From Octopus bimaculoides (taxonomy: Eukaryota): 64,000 nucleotides of DNA. Below are positions 48,147 through 61,455 of the stretch, in pieces. The notes beneath the pieces are model-generated. The model searched no databases, was not told the DNA's origin, and saw only the letters and a program-made list of their open reading frames with translations. Each line of letters begins with the position of its first letter. Positions within the stretch are counted from its first letter, which is position 1. The translations under genes and the position numbers were made by a program. The stretch spans positions 6,025,202 to 6,089,201 of the forward strand of contig NC_068996.1 in assembly GCF_001194135.2 (NCBI RefSeq). The letters are read 5' to 3'.

Positions 48147-48296
48147 GAGAAGATGTCTCTGTTCTATGCTGAAGAAGAAGAAGTTGACAATCGAGATGCA
48201 CACCAGGATCTAACATTATACAAACAGTCTTGTTCGGAGATTCTGAAGTTGATTCAAGTTATAAAAGAGTTGAAAACAAGTAAATCAAAAGAAGCG
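48147..48296 (+). CDS. THOC5: THOC5 coding exon 2
   Basis: ttgcag|...GCG|gtaagt. EKMSLFYAEEEEVDNRDAHQDLTLYKQSCSEILKLIQVIKELKTSKSKEA resembles human [27 protein letters not shown]. Confidence 0.88.
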
Positions 48297-48588
48297 GTAA
48301 GTATTTAATTACTGAATTTTCATTAGCCAAACATCTTATATATAAATATCAAATGCCGGATTTATTTATGTATAATATTCACATTTTTTAAACCTTTTCA
48401 TTCTAAACATTAGAGCTGTCTCTTATGCACAAAAGCTAAATGTTACACATTTTCCCATCACAAATGTGTGACCATAATCAGAATGGTTCCACTTGAAGTC
48501 AGATATTTCATTTATTCATACTAGCACATGTTTAACTGTAAAAAAAAGTTTAAACTTCTATCACATTCCTCTGGTAGTGATTAACACA

Positions 48589-49107
48589 TTAACCCTTTAA
48601 CATTCAAATTATTCTGTCAAAAGTAATGCCTATTTATTCACGTTCATCATCATCATCAAGTGTCTGCTTTCCATGCTGGCATGGGTTAGACGGTTTGACT
48701 GGGACCAGTAAGCCAGAGAGCTGCACCAGGCCCCAGTCTGTTTTGGCTTGGTTTCTACAGCTGCATGCCTTTCCTAATGCCAACCACTCCACAGAATGTA
48801 GTGGGTGCTTTTTATGTGTCCCTGGCATGGCTGCCTTTTACATGTCACCAGCATTGACTGTGATTATGATTTCACTAAGCTTCACATGTCTTCTCAAGCA
48901 CAGCAAATCACCAACAGTCTTGGTCACTGACTATTGCCTCTTTGAAATCATGCATTTTATCATAACTTTGAGATTTTGTTGAGGTAACTGTTAATTTTTA
49001 GAATGATATTGTAGGGTTGGTATGAAATGCTAGATTTGGCTAGCTTGATCATAAAGCAGATAGAATATTTGAGCCAGATATGGCCATTTTAAATGCTAAA
49101 AGGTTAA
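48589..49107. mobile_element. TTAA-flanked piggyBac-type MITE interrupted by a family-B SINE
   Basis: TTAA at 48589-48592 and 49104-49107; TIRs ccctttaacattcaaa / tttaaatgctaaaagg. Confidence 0.6.
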
Positions 49108-50281
49108 ATATATGTTACATTTCATAAGTAATGCACAAAAGATGTGCTTTATTTCATGGCTATGTAGTGTAGAGGTTTGCTTCCCAACCATGTGATTTCA
49201 GACTCATTCTTACTGTATGGCATCTTGGGCAAGTGTCAAAGCCTTGTGAGTGGATTTGGTCAGTTGAAACTGAAAGAAGCCTATCGTATATATGTGTGTA
49301 TGTGTGTCACCACCATGCAAGCAGCAGCATCCATTTCCAAGCTTCCGTAAAAACATGTCTGGCCTGGAGAAATATTACCTTGCTTGGAAACAAATGAAGT
49401 TTAGCAACAGGAAGGATATCTTACCATAGAAAATCTGCCTCAGTGAATTCCATTCAATCCATGCAAAAATGGAAAAGTGGACAACATATTGCTCAAGATT
49501 GTTTCCTATGTATATATGTGTGCACGTGTGTGTTAGTGCCTCTTTGTCATCATCTGCTAGTTGTAAATGTGCATCACCATCTGAACCAGGAACCATATGG
49601 TTGGGAAGCAAGCTTCTTACCACACAGCCACACCTGCACCTATAGTTTATCTTTTGCTTGTTTCAGCCATGATGGGGCATCATCTTGAAGGGTTTTTGGT
49701 TGAATAAATTGACCCTGGGACTTATTTTTTGAAGCCTATTATTTATTCTATTGGCCTCTTTTGCTGAACTGCTAAAAGTGTAAACACACCAACACCAGTT
49801 GTCAAGTGGTGGTAGGGGACAACCATAGACATAGAGACATACACACCGACACACACAGATATATGACAGGCTTCTTCCAGTTTCCATTTACCAAACCCAC
49901 ACACAAGTGTAAAAGACACTTGCCCAAGGTACCATGCAGTGAGTTTGAACCCGGAACCATGTGGTTGGGAAGCAAGCTTCTTACCACACAACCACTTTTT
50001 AATTTCTGTCTTTTATGATACAAAATCGTTACAGCTATCACCATTCAATCAGTATATTATTTAATATATATTCAATATATATTGTTCAATATACTCTTTT
50101 ACTCTTTTACTTGTTTGTCATTTGACTGCGGCCATGCTGGAGCACTGCCTTTAGTCGAGCAAATCAACCACAGGACTTATTCTTTGTAAGCCTAGTACTT
50201 ATTCTATCGGTCTCTTTTGCCGAACAGCAAACACACCAGCATCGGTTGTCAAGCGATGTTGGGGGGACAAACACAGACACG

Positions 50282-50298
<17 letters not shown>

Positions 50299-50367
<69 letters not shown>
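50299..50367. repeat. (AT)n microsatellite; others near 22219-22259, 38256-38286 and 51394-51418
   Basis: Direct reading. Confidence 0.9.
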
Positions 50368-50368
<1 letters not shown>

Positions 50369-51372
50369 GACGGGCTTCTTTCAGTTTCCGTCTACCAAAT
50401 CCACTCACAAGGCTTTGGTCGGCCCGAGGCTATAGTAGAAGACACTTGCCCAAGGTGCCACGCAGTGGGACTGACTATTAAAGTTTGTACAGGTGCATGC
50501 AAGGGTGTGTGGTTAAGAGGTTAACTTCTTAAACCACATAGTTTTAGGTTCAGTTCCACTGTGTAGCACCTTGGGCAATTGTCTACTGCTACAGTACTGG
50601 GTCAACCAAAGTCTTATGAGTGGATTAGGTAAACAGAAACTGAAAGAAGCATGTTGAATGTGTATTTGAGTTTGTGTTCTTTGCCATGATATCACATGAT
50701 TGTTGGGGACAAGCATCATTATCATCATACAGGCAGTGTCATTTGTTTCCAGTCATCCATCAAAGCTTGTTTGGTTATAGGGAAATGTTAACCTTGCTTT
50801 GAAACAGGTTGGGGTTGGTGACAGGAAGGACATCCAGCTGTAGAAAATCTATTCTGCAAATTCTGTCTGCCTCATGCAACCATGGAAAAGGGGACATTAA
50901 AAAGATGAGGCGTGTGTATGCGTGAGAGAGAGATGAAGAGGGAGAAAGAGAGATCACGCGATGGAATTAATGGGCTTTACCATCCCACAAGCAATACCAA
51001 CCATTTGTTTCCAATTCTCCTGTTACCAACACTTGTTTCCAAGTAACGTAACATTTTGCCCTAATTGGACGGGTTTTTAACAGAAGACTGAAAATGAATG
51101 ATGCCATTAAGTATGACAGCCATACTCATTTACAACTGTCACATGACATCAAAACAAGGAGAAGCAAGCACACACACACACACACACACACACACAGATA
51201 TACATAAGGTACAGGCATGGCTGTGTGGTAAGAAGTTTGCTTCCCAACCACATGGTTCCAGGTACAGTCCCACTGTGTAGCACCTTAGGCAAATAAATCT
51301 CTTCTACTTAAGCCTCTGGTTAACCAAAGACTTGCGAGTGGATTTAGTAGGTGGAAACTGAAAGAAACCCAT

Positions 51373-51418
<46 letters not shown>

Positions 51419-52601
51419 NNNNNNNNNNNNNNNNNNNNNNNNNNNNNNNNNNNNNNNNNNNNNNNNNNNNNNNNNNNNNNNNNNNNNNNNNNNNNNNNNN
51501 NNNNNNNNNNNNNNNNNNNNNNNNNNNNNNNNNNNNNNNNNNNNNNNNNNNNNNNNNNNNNNNNNNNNNNNNNNNNNNNNNNNNNNNNNNNNNNNNNNNN
51601 NNNNNNNNNNNNNNNNNNNNNNNNNNNNNNNNNNNNNNNNNNNNNNNNNNNNNNNNNNNNNNNNNNNNNNNNNNNNNNNNNNNNNNNNNNNNNNNNNNNN
51701 NNNNNNNNNNNNNNNNNNNNNNNNNNNNNNNNNNNNNNNNNNNNNNNNNNNNNNNNNNNNNNNNNNNNNNNNNNNNNNNNNNNNNNNNNNNNNNNNNNNN
51801 NNNNNNNNNNNNNNNNNNNNNNNNNNNNNNNNNNNNNNNNNNNNNNNNNNNNNNNNNNNNNNNNNNNNNNNNNNNNNNNNNNNNNNNNNNNNNNNNNNNN
51901 NNNNNNNNNNNNNNNNNNNNNNNNNNNNNNNNNNNNNNNNNNNNNNNNNNNNNNNNNNNNNNNNNNNNNNNNNNNNNNNNNNNNNNNNNNNNNNNNNNNN
52001 NNNNNNNNNNNGGATCTAGTAGACGGAAACTGAAAGAAGCCCGTCGTATATATATGTATGTGTTTGTGTGTCTGTGTTTGTCCCCCCACCATCGCTTGAC
52101 AGCCGATGCTGGTGTGTTTATGTCCCCGTAACTTAGCGGTTCGGCAAAAGAGACCGATAGAATAAGTACTAGGCTTCTAAAGAATAAGTCCTGGGGTCGA
52201 TTTGCTCGACTAAAGGCGGTGCTCCAGCATGGCCACAGTCAAAAGACTGAAACAAGTAAAAGAGTATATATATATATATGAGTTTAATTCAGTTTCCATC
52301 GCCAGATCTACTCTGAACGCTTTGGTCAACCCAAAGCTATAGAAGAAGATACTTGCCCAAAGTGTTATGCAGTGGGACTGAACCTGAAACCACTTGGTTG
52401 GGAAGCAAATTTCTTAACCACATATTTGTGCTTGTGATATGAATACAAAATGGCAAGATGCTAATCCAAAAACAAGCTCATCCTGTTCAAACCAGCAAGA
52501 AAAGATAAATATAAGACACTAATAACGGAGGATTTACTGTGATTCAGTTTTGTCTTCCTTTCTATCATATTTGTTTACTTTTTCCTTTTCTTTTTAACCA
52601 G

Positions 52602-52715
52602 GCTGCTGAAATTGAGGAATATAAGAGTAATGCTGTCTTGCAGTTTGTTCTTTTGAAGAAATTGAACAGACTTGCACACATACGCTGCAAGAAAGTTCGG
52701 GAATCCACAAATGAG
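52602..52715 (+). CDS. THOC5: THOC5 coding exon 3
   Basis: ttttaaccag|...GAG|gtaaga. AAEIEEYKSNAVLQFVLLKKLNRLAHIRCKKVRESTNE contains the conserved LKKLNRLAHIR motif. Confidence 0.95.
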
Positions 52716-53929
52716 GTAAGAATTTCCTGCTTTTTAATTCAACAAATGTTTCTTCTTTGAGAAACTATTCAAAAAGATTTGATGAATACAAAAAATCAAA
52801 CTGGCTGCTCCAGCTGCTACGATAACATTTTTGAAATAAATACTCACTGTGCCACTAGCATGGCATGCAGTTAGGAACTTTGTTTCACAATCATGGAATT
52901 CTAGGGTCCAGTTTTTCAGTGTAATTTCTTGGGCAAGTATCTTCGATGTTGAATTTGGGTGAACAAAATTTAGAACTATACAAAAGCCTGTCTATATATA
53001 TATCATCATCATCATCATCATCATTTAACGTCCGCTTTCCATGCTAGCATGAGTTGGACGATTTGACTGAGGACTGGTGAACCAGATAGCTACACCAGGC
53101 TCCAATCTGATTTGGCAGAGTTCATATATATACACACACACACACACTTACATAGGTATGTGTATGTACACACATTGTATGATAGTTGTAAAATGATTGT
53201 CACTGTCATATAAGCAGTGTTATTCAATTCCAGTATGCTGTGAGAACATGTTTGGCTATGGGTGAAATATTATCTTGTTTGAAAGCAGGCAAGGATTGAT
53301 GACAAGAAGGGCATCTGGCTATAAAAAAATCTGTCTCAATAAGCTCTGCCCAACCCATGCAGGCTGGCAAAAGAGAATGTTGAAATGATGACAGTGATAT
53401 ATATATATTTATATATCATCATCATCATCATCATCATCATCATTTAACATCCGTTGCCCATGCTGGTATGGGTTGGACAGTTTGACCAGGGCTGGCAAGC
53501 TGGAGGGCTGCACCAGACTCCTGTCTGATCTGGCATGGTTTCTACAGTTGGATACCCTTCCTAAGTCCAACCACTCTGAAAGTGTATTGGGTGCTATTAT
53601 GTGCCACCAGCATGGGTACCAGTTACATGATACTAGTATATGTTATGACTAAGATTTCACTTGGCTTGATGGGCCTTCTTCTCAAGCACAACATAATGCC
53701 ATGGTGTCGGTCATTTGTCATTACCTCCATGAGGCTCAACACTCAAGGAACTCTTCCACATGTTGCTGGAAATCGGCCACTTTGTCTCCATGAGGCCCAA
53801 CGCTCGACAAGTACTTTTTACATGCCAGTTATGTGACATCAGCATCAGTCATGGTTACGATTTCACTTGGCTTGATGGGTCTTCTTAAGCACTGCATATT
53901 GCCAGAGGTTTCAGTTACTAGTCATTGCC

Positions 53930-54860
53930 TCTGTGAGTCCCAAAGTTCAAAGACCATGTTTCACCACCTCATCCCATGTCTTTTTGGGTCTACCTCTACC
54001 ACAGGATCCCTCCACAGTTACAGATCGGCACTTCTTTACACAGCTGCCCTCATCCATGCACATCATATGACCATACCAGTGCAGCTATCTCTCTTGCATA
54101 CCATATCCAATGCCTCTTATGCCTAACTTTTCTCTCAATATGCTTACACTCTGTCAAACATGCACACTGACATTGCACATCCAGCGAAGCATACTGGCTT
54201 CATTTCTTTCAAGCCTATGCATGTTCTCAGCTGTCACAGCCCATGTTTCACTGCCATGTAGCATAGCTGTTTACACACAGGCATCAAACAATCTGCCTTT
54301 CATTCTGAGAAAGAAGCCCTTTGTTGCCAGCAGAGGTAGGAGCTCTCCGAACTTTGCCCATCCCAATCTTATTCTCAGTTATGCTCTCAGAGCATCCACC
54401 TCTGCTACTAACTTGGTCACCTAGATAACGGAAGCTATCTATTACCTCTAACTTGCTCCCCTATTTTCTGCATTTATTGTACCTGTGCACCTTCCACATA
54501 CAAGAGCTATTTTCCTTGTTAACCTTCCTCTGATATTGCTGCACCTCTTATGTGTCCATAGCTTACAATGCGTACATCTTATGGAGTTTCTAGCTATACC
54601 TTTTCTACAGATTGAGCAGGGCCATCTATCTGAAGGGATTTGTAATTTGCCTGCCCTCCTACTTACTAAGACTTTGGTTTTTGTTAGGTTAACTCTAAGG
54701 CCCTTCAATTCTAGACCTTGTTTCCATAGCTGAAACCTCTTTAGTTCTCATAGTGATTCAGTTATAAGAACAAGGTCATCAGCATAGAGGAGCTCCCAGG
54801 GGCAGGCCGTCTTCAATTCCTCTGTTATTGCCTGGAGGACTATGAGGAACAATATTTGGT
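53930..54860 (-). mobile_element. RTE-clade LINE RT fragment
   Basis: ELLYADDL (hand translation); KGLRVNLTKTKVLV...WPCSICRKG...IRCTHCKLWTHKRCSNI. Confidence 0.85.
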
Positions 54861-54897
54861 TAATGAGAAACAGAAGATGGAAGATAGAAGAATTTAT

Positions 54898-55397
54898 ATT
54901 AATCACTACGATTGTTTTGACCCATCTAGCATCTATATCTCATGGGTGGGATACTTAACAACTGGTTCAGGAGCATCCAACGGTGTAGATGTGTCTCTTC
55001 AGGTGATAAATAGATATGACTCGTTAAAATAACAGTTCTGCAATGTATCTTCTCATTCCTTGTAAACAAAAGCAGCAAATTAAAGGACCTAACTTTATTT
55101 ATAAAGAAGATCAATAATAAAATCGCAGATGCCAAAAAAAGAAACAGACACGTAATACAGTGAAAAAAAGTTATTTTATTAATGATTTTCTATAAAAATG
55201 AAGATAGGTCTTTTAATTTTCTGCTTTTCTTTACATGAACTGAGAAGATACATTGCAGAACTGTCATTTTAATGAGTTATATCTATTTATCACCCAAAGA
55301 GACAATCTGCACCGTCAGTTACTCCTGAACCATTGTTAAATATTCCACCTGTGAGGGATTGATGCTAGATACATCGAAACAATTGTTGTGATTAATA
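54898..55397. mobile_element. Long imperfect palindromic MITE in THOC5 intron 3
   Basis: Arms of about 225 bp, e.g. gttctgcaatgtatcttctca / tgagaagatacattgcagaac. Confidence 0.7.
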
Positions 55398-56059
55398 AAA
55401 ATTCTCGTATCTTTCATCGTGCTTTACCAGTAAGCTATCAGGTATAAAACATTGGACACTAAACTCAGCTTGCAAAGACCTGTTGGGGCAAGTGAGATCA
55501 AAACTGAACCAAATTCGATGACTGGCACCCGTGCCAGTGGCATGTAAAATGCACCATTTGAGCGCGATCGTTTCTAGCTTCGCCATACTGGCACTTGTGC
55601 CGGTGGCATGTGAACAAAACATTGGACTGACTCTTGTGCAGGTGGCACGTAAAAAGACACCATTTGAGTGTGGTCGTTGCCAGTGCCGCCGGAATGGCCC
55701 TCATGTCGGTGGCACGTAAAAGGACCCACTACACTCTCTGAGTGGTTGGCGTTAGGAAGGGCATCCAACTTTAGAAACTCTGCCAAACCAGATTGGAGCC
55801 TGGTGTAGCCATTTGGTTCAACAGTTCTCAGTCAAATCATCCAACCCATGCTAGCATGGAAAGCAGACGTTAAATGATGATAATGATGTTTCATACAATG
55901 AGGTGTCTGCAGTTTATTACTTGCATTATTTTTTCTTCTTCTGATGTGAGTTTTACCTTTGTTAAGACTTTTGAGATTTAGTGGTTGTCTTCAGCTGTTG
56001 ATAATTTATGATACTTTAATTATTTTTCATACATATATATATATATTTATTTATTTATT

Positions 56060-56540
56060 TATTATTATTACTTCTGCCTTAGCGAAGGTAGAGGTATTGT
56101 TTTCAGTTGTGTTTGTTTGTTTGGACAAGATATCGATCTGGTACCAGACAAGGATTCTGGATTATTTTTCCTGTTTAAATTTTTGAGAGTGGTCAGGTTC
56201 ATTTTTAGTATTCTTGTTTGTGAGAGCATTCGAGTTTATTTCAGATATTCTCATTTTAAAAATCATCTCTGGCTAATCGTTGAGAGGATGTTGGTGTTGC
56301 CTTAGTGAAGGTTTGCACTCTCTGAATGATCTTATTATTATTTTTATTACCTCCGCCTTAGGCGAAGGTAGGGGTATTGTTTTCAGTCGTGTTTGTTTGT
56401 CCGTGGACAAGATATCTCAAGAACCGCTGGATGGAATCGGATGAAACTTTCAGGGATATTTGACTTTGTGACTGGCATGAACTGATTAGATTTTGGGATC
56501 AATCCGGTACTGCACAAGGATTCTGGATTATTTGTTATAT
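56060..56540 (+). mobile_element. Two tandem Helentron-type (DINE-1/HINE-like) non-autonomous elements
   Basis: 5' attacctccgccttaggcgaaggtagggg stem-loop followed by a gtttgtttgt microsatellite; 3' gccttagtgaaggtttgcactctctgaatg. Confidence 0.5.
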
Positions 56541-57157
56541 TTACTTTACACTCTTTTACTCTTTTACTTGTTTCAGTCATTTGACTGCGGCCATGCTGGA
56601 GCACAATCTTATGTTAACTTTCAAGTGTTTCTCATTTATCTCTCTTTAGGCTGTAACTATTTTGAATGGTGAGTAGATATGGTAGACAGAAACTAAAAGA
56701 ATCCCATTGTATATAAATACACACACCCACCTCTGTCTAGACATCAACACAATTGTTGTAAATGAATCTCATTGTCAAACAAATGATGTTTGTTTCCAGT
56801 TTTCCATGAAAAAAAACATGTCTGATCATTGGGGAAATATTACATAACTTGGAATCAATTACGGGTTGGTGACTGGAAGGGCATCTGGCTGGAGAAAATC
56901 TGCCTTAACAAATTCCATCTGATCCATGCAAGCATGGAAAATTGGATATTTAATGACATGATTGAATGTGTGTAGGCATGAGAGCTTTGTGGTTAAGAAG
57001 TTTGCTCCAACTACGTGGTTTTAGGTTTCTAACTGTTTAAGTCCACCAGAATTCAACAAAGGTGAAATTTTTAATACTTCAGTTCTCAGACCCATATGTC
57101 TTTCCATGAGTTTTAACCTGAAAAAATACCTTAAATTTGTATAGGCGTTACCAAGAG

Positions 57158-57490
57158 AAAAACAATAGAAACAAAATATTACTGGTATTAAAAGGATTAT
57201 TTTTTTAGACAGATAGCTTTAAATTTAAAGAGAATAAAAGAGTGTATTTTGTGACATTCATGCCTTTCCTATAGGTATTCTAGAGAGAGAAAGAAATAAC
57301 ATTTTTTGATAAAGAAATTAAAAAATCATTATAAATTTACCAGTCTTACTAATGTTTTGATAAAAATAGGCCACACTAACCTATTTTCTTCTGTTGGTAA
57401 ATTCATGATTTTTTCATTTCTTTATCAAAAAATGTTATTTCTAAAAAAAAATTATTTTAATACCAGTAATATTTTGTTTCTATTGTTTTT
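57158..57490. repeat. AT-rich palindromic MITE-like element
   Basis: Perfect inverted arms of about 36 bp (aaaaacaatagaaacaaaatattactggtattaaaa) plus inner inverted segments. Confidence 0.7.
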
Positions 57491-59419
57491 CCTTTATTCT
57501 GTATTTTTCTAAAAATGCTACATTTGCCTTTACCGTGTTGTAACAAAAGACCTTTTATTATGTAATTGAACATATTCCTGTAACTATTTAATGCATACTT
57601 AATGCCTGTCAAGGTATTGTAGTCTCGTCTGCTGCTTGTATAAAGTTTCATGTACTCCCAAACCAACAAAGTAGCCACTTTATGGCTGCTTAATCTGCAA
57701 GAAATCACAGCCTGTGATCTCAAAAACAAAAAACGAAAGAAAGAAAGAGAGAGAACACTTTGGATATTGTTGTCCTGGATTCTACAAAACTTTGATCCAT
57801 AATTCTGTTTTATCCTGAGGCTAAACAATAACTACCAATAAAAATAACTTCAGCCTCTTTGAACTTAGCAATACCTCAGTGCCAAAGGTATCTGAAACAC
57901 TTGCAATACTTGTACCTCCTCTTTTTCCATCAAAGTGCTCATTCTCTTTGCCTGAAATAGCAACATATCACTCATCTGCAGATCCTGCCCTTACAATTAA
58001 CAGAAAATGGATGGATCACAATTGGAGCCTTTGGTCATCTGTTTAGCTTACTTTGTTGATGCTGTTGGGTAGGGCATGCTAAACAGCATCTCGTTAATGA
58101 TGAAAGCACTACACAGTTGCTCAAACTGGTAGAAATAGCAACACAATCTCCCTCAAATTACAATTTAATGTCTTATATATTGGAGGTACATATTGGAAGG
58201 TGACTGGTAATAAATTTACAGGGGGAAAAAAAGTCACAATTAATTTATGGTGGCCAGTAATAAAGTTACAGGGGAAAAAAGTCACAACTAATTTATGGGA
58301 AACCCCTGTGACTTTTTTTATTTGGATTCTATTGGACAATATGGTTGTGGATATACAAAATGGCGCTAACTTAAGGAATATCTTTGATTGTAGATCTGCC
58401 AGACCCCCAGCAGACCTACTAGCATTAAAACTCATCTTTTCGTAGCTCATTTCTCCATAATCACCACTAACAGCACTAAGCTTTCTTACTGAACACTTTC
58501 AACCCCAAAATTGCTTCCTTCTGCAATTAAATACTTATTGATGATTTTCCTCCATCCACTAGCCTGTAGCAGCCCCAATATAATCCAATTAGCACCATTA
58601 AAAGTTCTACAAGATGTATGGGTCTTATCCTGATTCCTACTGTTCCTCTTTGACAACTAATAAACAAACCAGGAGTGGCTGTGTGGTAAGTAGCTTGCTT
58701 GGTTCCGGGTTCAGTCCCACTGCGTGGCACCTTGGGCAAGTGTCTTCTACTATAGCCACAGGCCGACCAAAGCCTTGTGAGTGGATTTGGTTGAAGGAAA
58801 CTGAAAGAAGACCCTCGTATGTATGTGTTTGTGTGTTTGTCCCCCCAACTTCGCTTGATAACCGTTGCTGGTGTGTTTACGTCCCTGTAACTTAGCGGTT
58901 TGGCAAAAGAGACCAATAGAATAAGTACTAGGCTTCCAAAGAATAAGTCCTGGGGTCTATTTGTTCGACTAAAGGCGGTGCTCCAGCATGGCTGCAGTCA
59001 AGTGACTGAAAAGAGTAAAAGAGTAAACCTCTGAACTAACAACAGCAAAAAAATGATCAAAAGCTAATTTTATGAAGACAGATTAAGAATGATGAAAGAG
59101 AGTTGTTGGTGTTTCACTCAGGTCAATCCTGATTCAACAAATCAAAGGAATTTCATATGTAATGGATCACTGTTTTGTTTTCTATTTTTATTTCTGATGT
59201 AATACAACTAAGACTACATTTGTCTAAGCTGTGTTTCCTAACATGATACAGTGTGATTTTAAGAGGTAAACACACTTGTCCATCTTATGCCAGCTCAGAC
59301 AATGAATATAAAGTGATGATGATGATAGCAGTGTCAACATTGTTGCCTTTTTAAATCTGTAAGAACATTTGCTACAACTGTTTGCTTTTGTATTATTTCT
59401 CATTTACTTCTTGTTGCAG

Positions 59420-59517
59420 GACAAATTGCGAATTGACCGTTATCACTTACAGCTGCAGAATCTTCTCTATGAAGCTTTACATTTACAGAAGGAAATTACA
59501 AAGTGCCTAGAATTTAA
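59420..59517 (+). CDS. THOC5: THOC5 coding exon 4
   Basis: ttgttgcag|...AA|gtaagg. [32 protein letters not shown] contains the conserved [22 protein letters not shown] motif. Confidence 0.96.
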
Positions 59518-60041
59518 GTAAGGATTCTTTCCCTATCTTTCATTCTGATTACAGTTAGAGTAAAGTATAACTTCCTGTACATTAGTATAAATGAAGCATT
59601 TTATTAATGCCGTATTACTTGTCTGTACAATCTTCCAGTTGGCTGTGAGAATTTGATGTACCTGCTTGCAAATTTATGCAGATTATAAGAGGTGTTGTAT
59701 GTGTGTGTATACTAAACTGACAAAGTGAGGTGGATGGGTCTGGTATAAGATCAATCAGCTCTGATGAGCAGAAACCATTGTATTAACAATAGAATGGCAG
59801 GGAGAGAGGAAACAGTACAGCCGTGGGCTAGAGACTGAAGTGTGTTGGCAAAAGTAGATATGGTCTCTCAGATTTGTTGAAAATTCTGTCATCTTTAAAA
59901 TAAAAAAAAAATAATAAAGTTTTTTAAGTTGTATTTCTAAATGTGAGAGGTAATGATGTTTTAGAACTGAAATAGTTTTATTAAATTTTGGAGAAAATTT
60001 CTGTTCCAGTGTTTTGATTTTTTTTTTCTCTTTTCTTTCAG

Positions 60042-60117
60042 ATCTAAAGATGAAGAAGTAGAATTGGTTCCTATTGAAGAATTCTATGAAAATGCACCAG
60101 AAGAGATTTCAAAACCT
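60042..60117 (+). CDS. THOC5: THOC5 coding exon 5
   Basis: ttctttcag|...CCT|gtaaga. (K)SKDEEVELVPIEEFYENAPEEISKP; phases are consistent with flanking exons. Confidence 0.95.
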
Positions 60118-61384
60118 GTAAGAATAATTGCAATTTTAGAATAGGATAGAAAAAAATTTTAATTAATAAATTTCCTTTTACTGTGTATTATTATTATTAT
60201 TATTATTGTATTCAATAATAATAATGCAGACTGGCAGAATTGTTTTCATGCTGGGCAAAATGTTTAGCAGCATTTTGTCCACCTTTACGTTCTGAGTGCA
60301 AATTCTGCCGGGGCCAACTTTGCCTTTCTTCCTTTCACAGTCTATAAAATAAACACCAGTTGAACACTGGTATCAGTTTAATCAAGTTAGCACCTCTCCC
60401 TCCAAAATTGCTGACCTTGTGCCAAAATTTTCAAAGCAAGGTACTTTATGCCACTGATCTTCATTTACCAAAACTATTGTATACTGAAGATAATGTTTAT
60501 GTGTTACATAAATACTTCAATACTTCTCAAGTGACAGAAAAAGCTATCAATGCACTGTTAAGTGGTTGGTGAGAGGAAGAGCATGTAGATATAGAAACCA
60601 TGCCAAAAAATGAGACACCGGAGCAAGGAGGCATCCACCAACCCATTGAATCCTGTCAAACAGTCCAACCCATACCAGTATGGAAAAGAAGACATAAGAT
60701 AGGGTTGATGAAAGATTTGTGTATGGTTTCTACATACAAATTTTACTCGTAAAACATTAAGTTTTGATCAATATTAAGGTGGAAGACATCTTGTCTCAAG
60801 ATGTTACTTAGTAGAATATAGGCCTGAAACCATGTGGGCTTTATTCCATTCAATAGAATTCATAACCATACCCAGAATTCAGCACTCCATTGTATTCAGT
60901 CTGCTTCTGCTCCTAATGTTGATAGTGGTGCAGCAACAGCAGAGCATTGGTGATTATTGCTGTTTGTAAAAACCAAGATGCACCAACAATACAACAATGC
61001 AACCCTATTTAGTTCTCAAGATAATCAATATTTTTTTTTGATATAATCATTAAACTGCGTGTCATCAACTGAGTATCTTTGACTTGATACAATGTGTTGC
61101 AGACATGGTTAAAGGCATTCCAACCATGGCCTTTTAAAAATTTTCTTAGAAGTTTTATTTCCCTGACTATTATCCAATGTGTCCTTTTCTTAAGAGGGTA
61201 GGGTGTAATTTGTGAGAGAGTTGGTTACTATTTCTGACAAATCATGCATTCACATAGTTTCCTCATATTTCTGTTCTCCAGTTATTGTTGTTTCTTTTCC
61301 CATTTTTTTAATACATATGGAAGTGTCCATTTACTTCAATCTTAACCTTTTTTTTTAACCACAACTTTTCTCTTATAATTGCAG

Positions 61385-61455
61385 AAAATCACACACAACG
61401 ATTCTCACCAACAAACCCTTGCACGTTTGGATTGGGAGTTGGAACAAAGGAAAGA
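61385..61455 (+). CDS. THOC5: THOC5 coding exon 6
   Basis: attgcag|...GA|gtaagt. KITHNDSHQQTLARLDWELEQRK contains the conserved HQQTLARLDWELEQRK motif. Confidence 0.96.
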
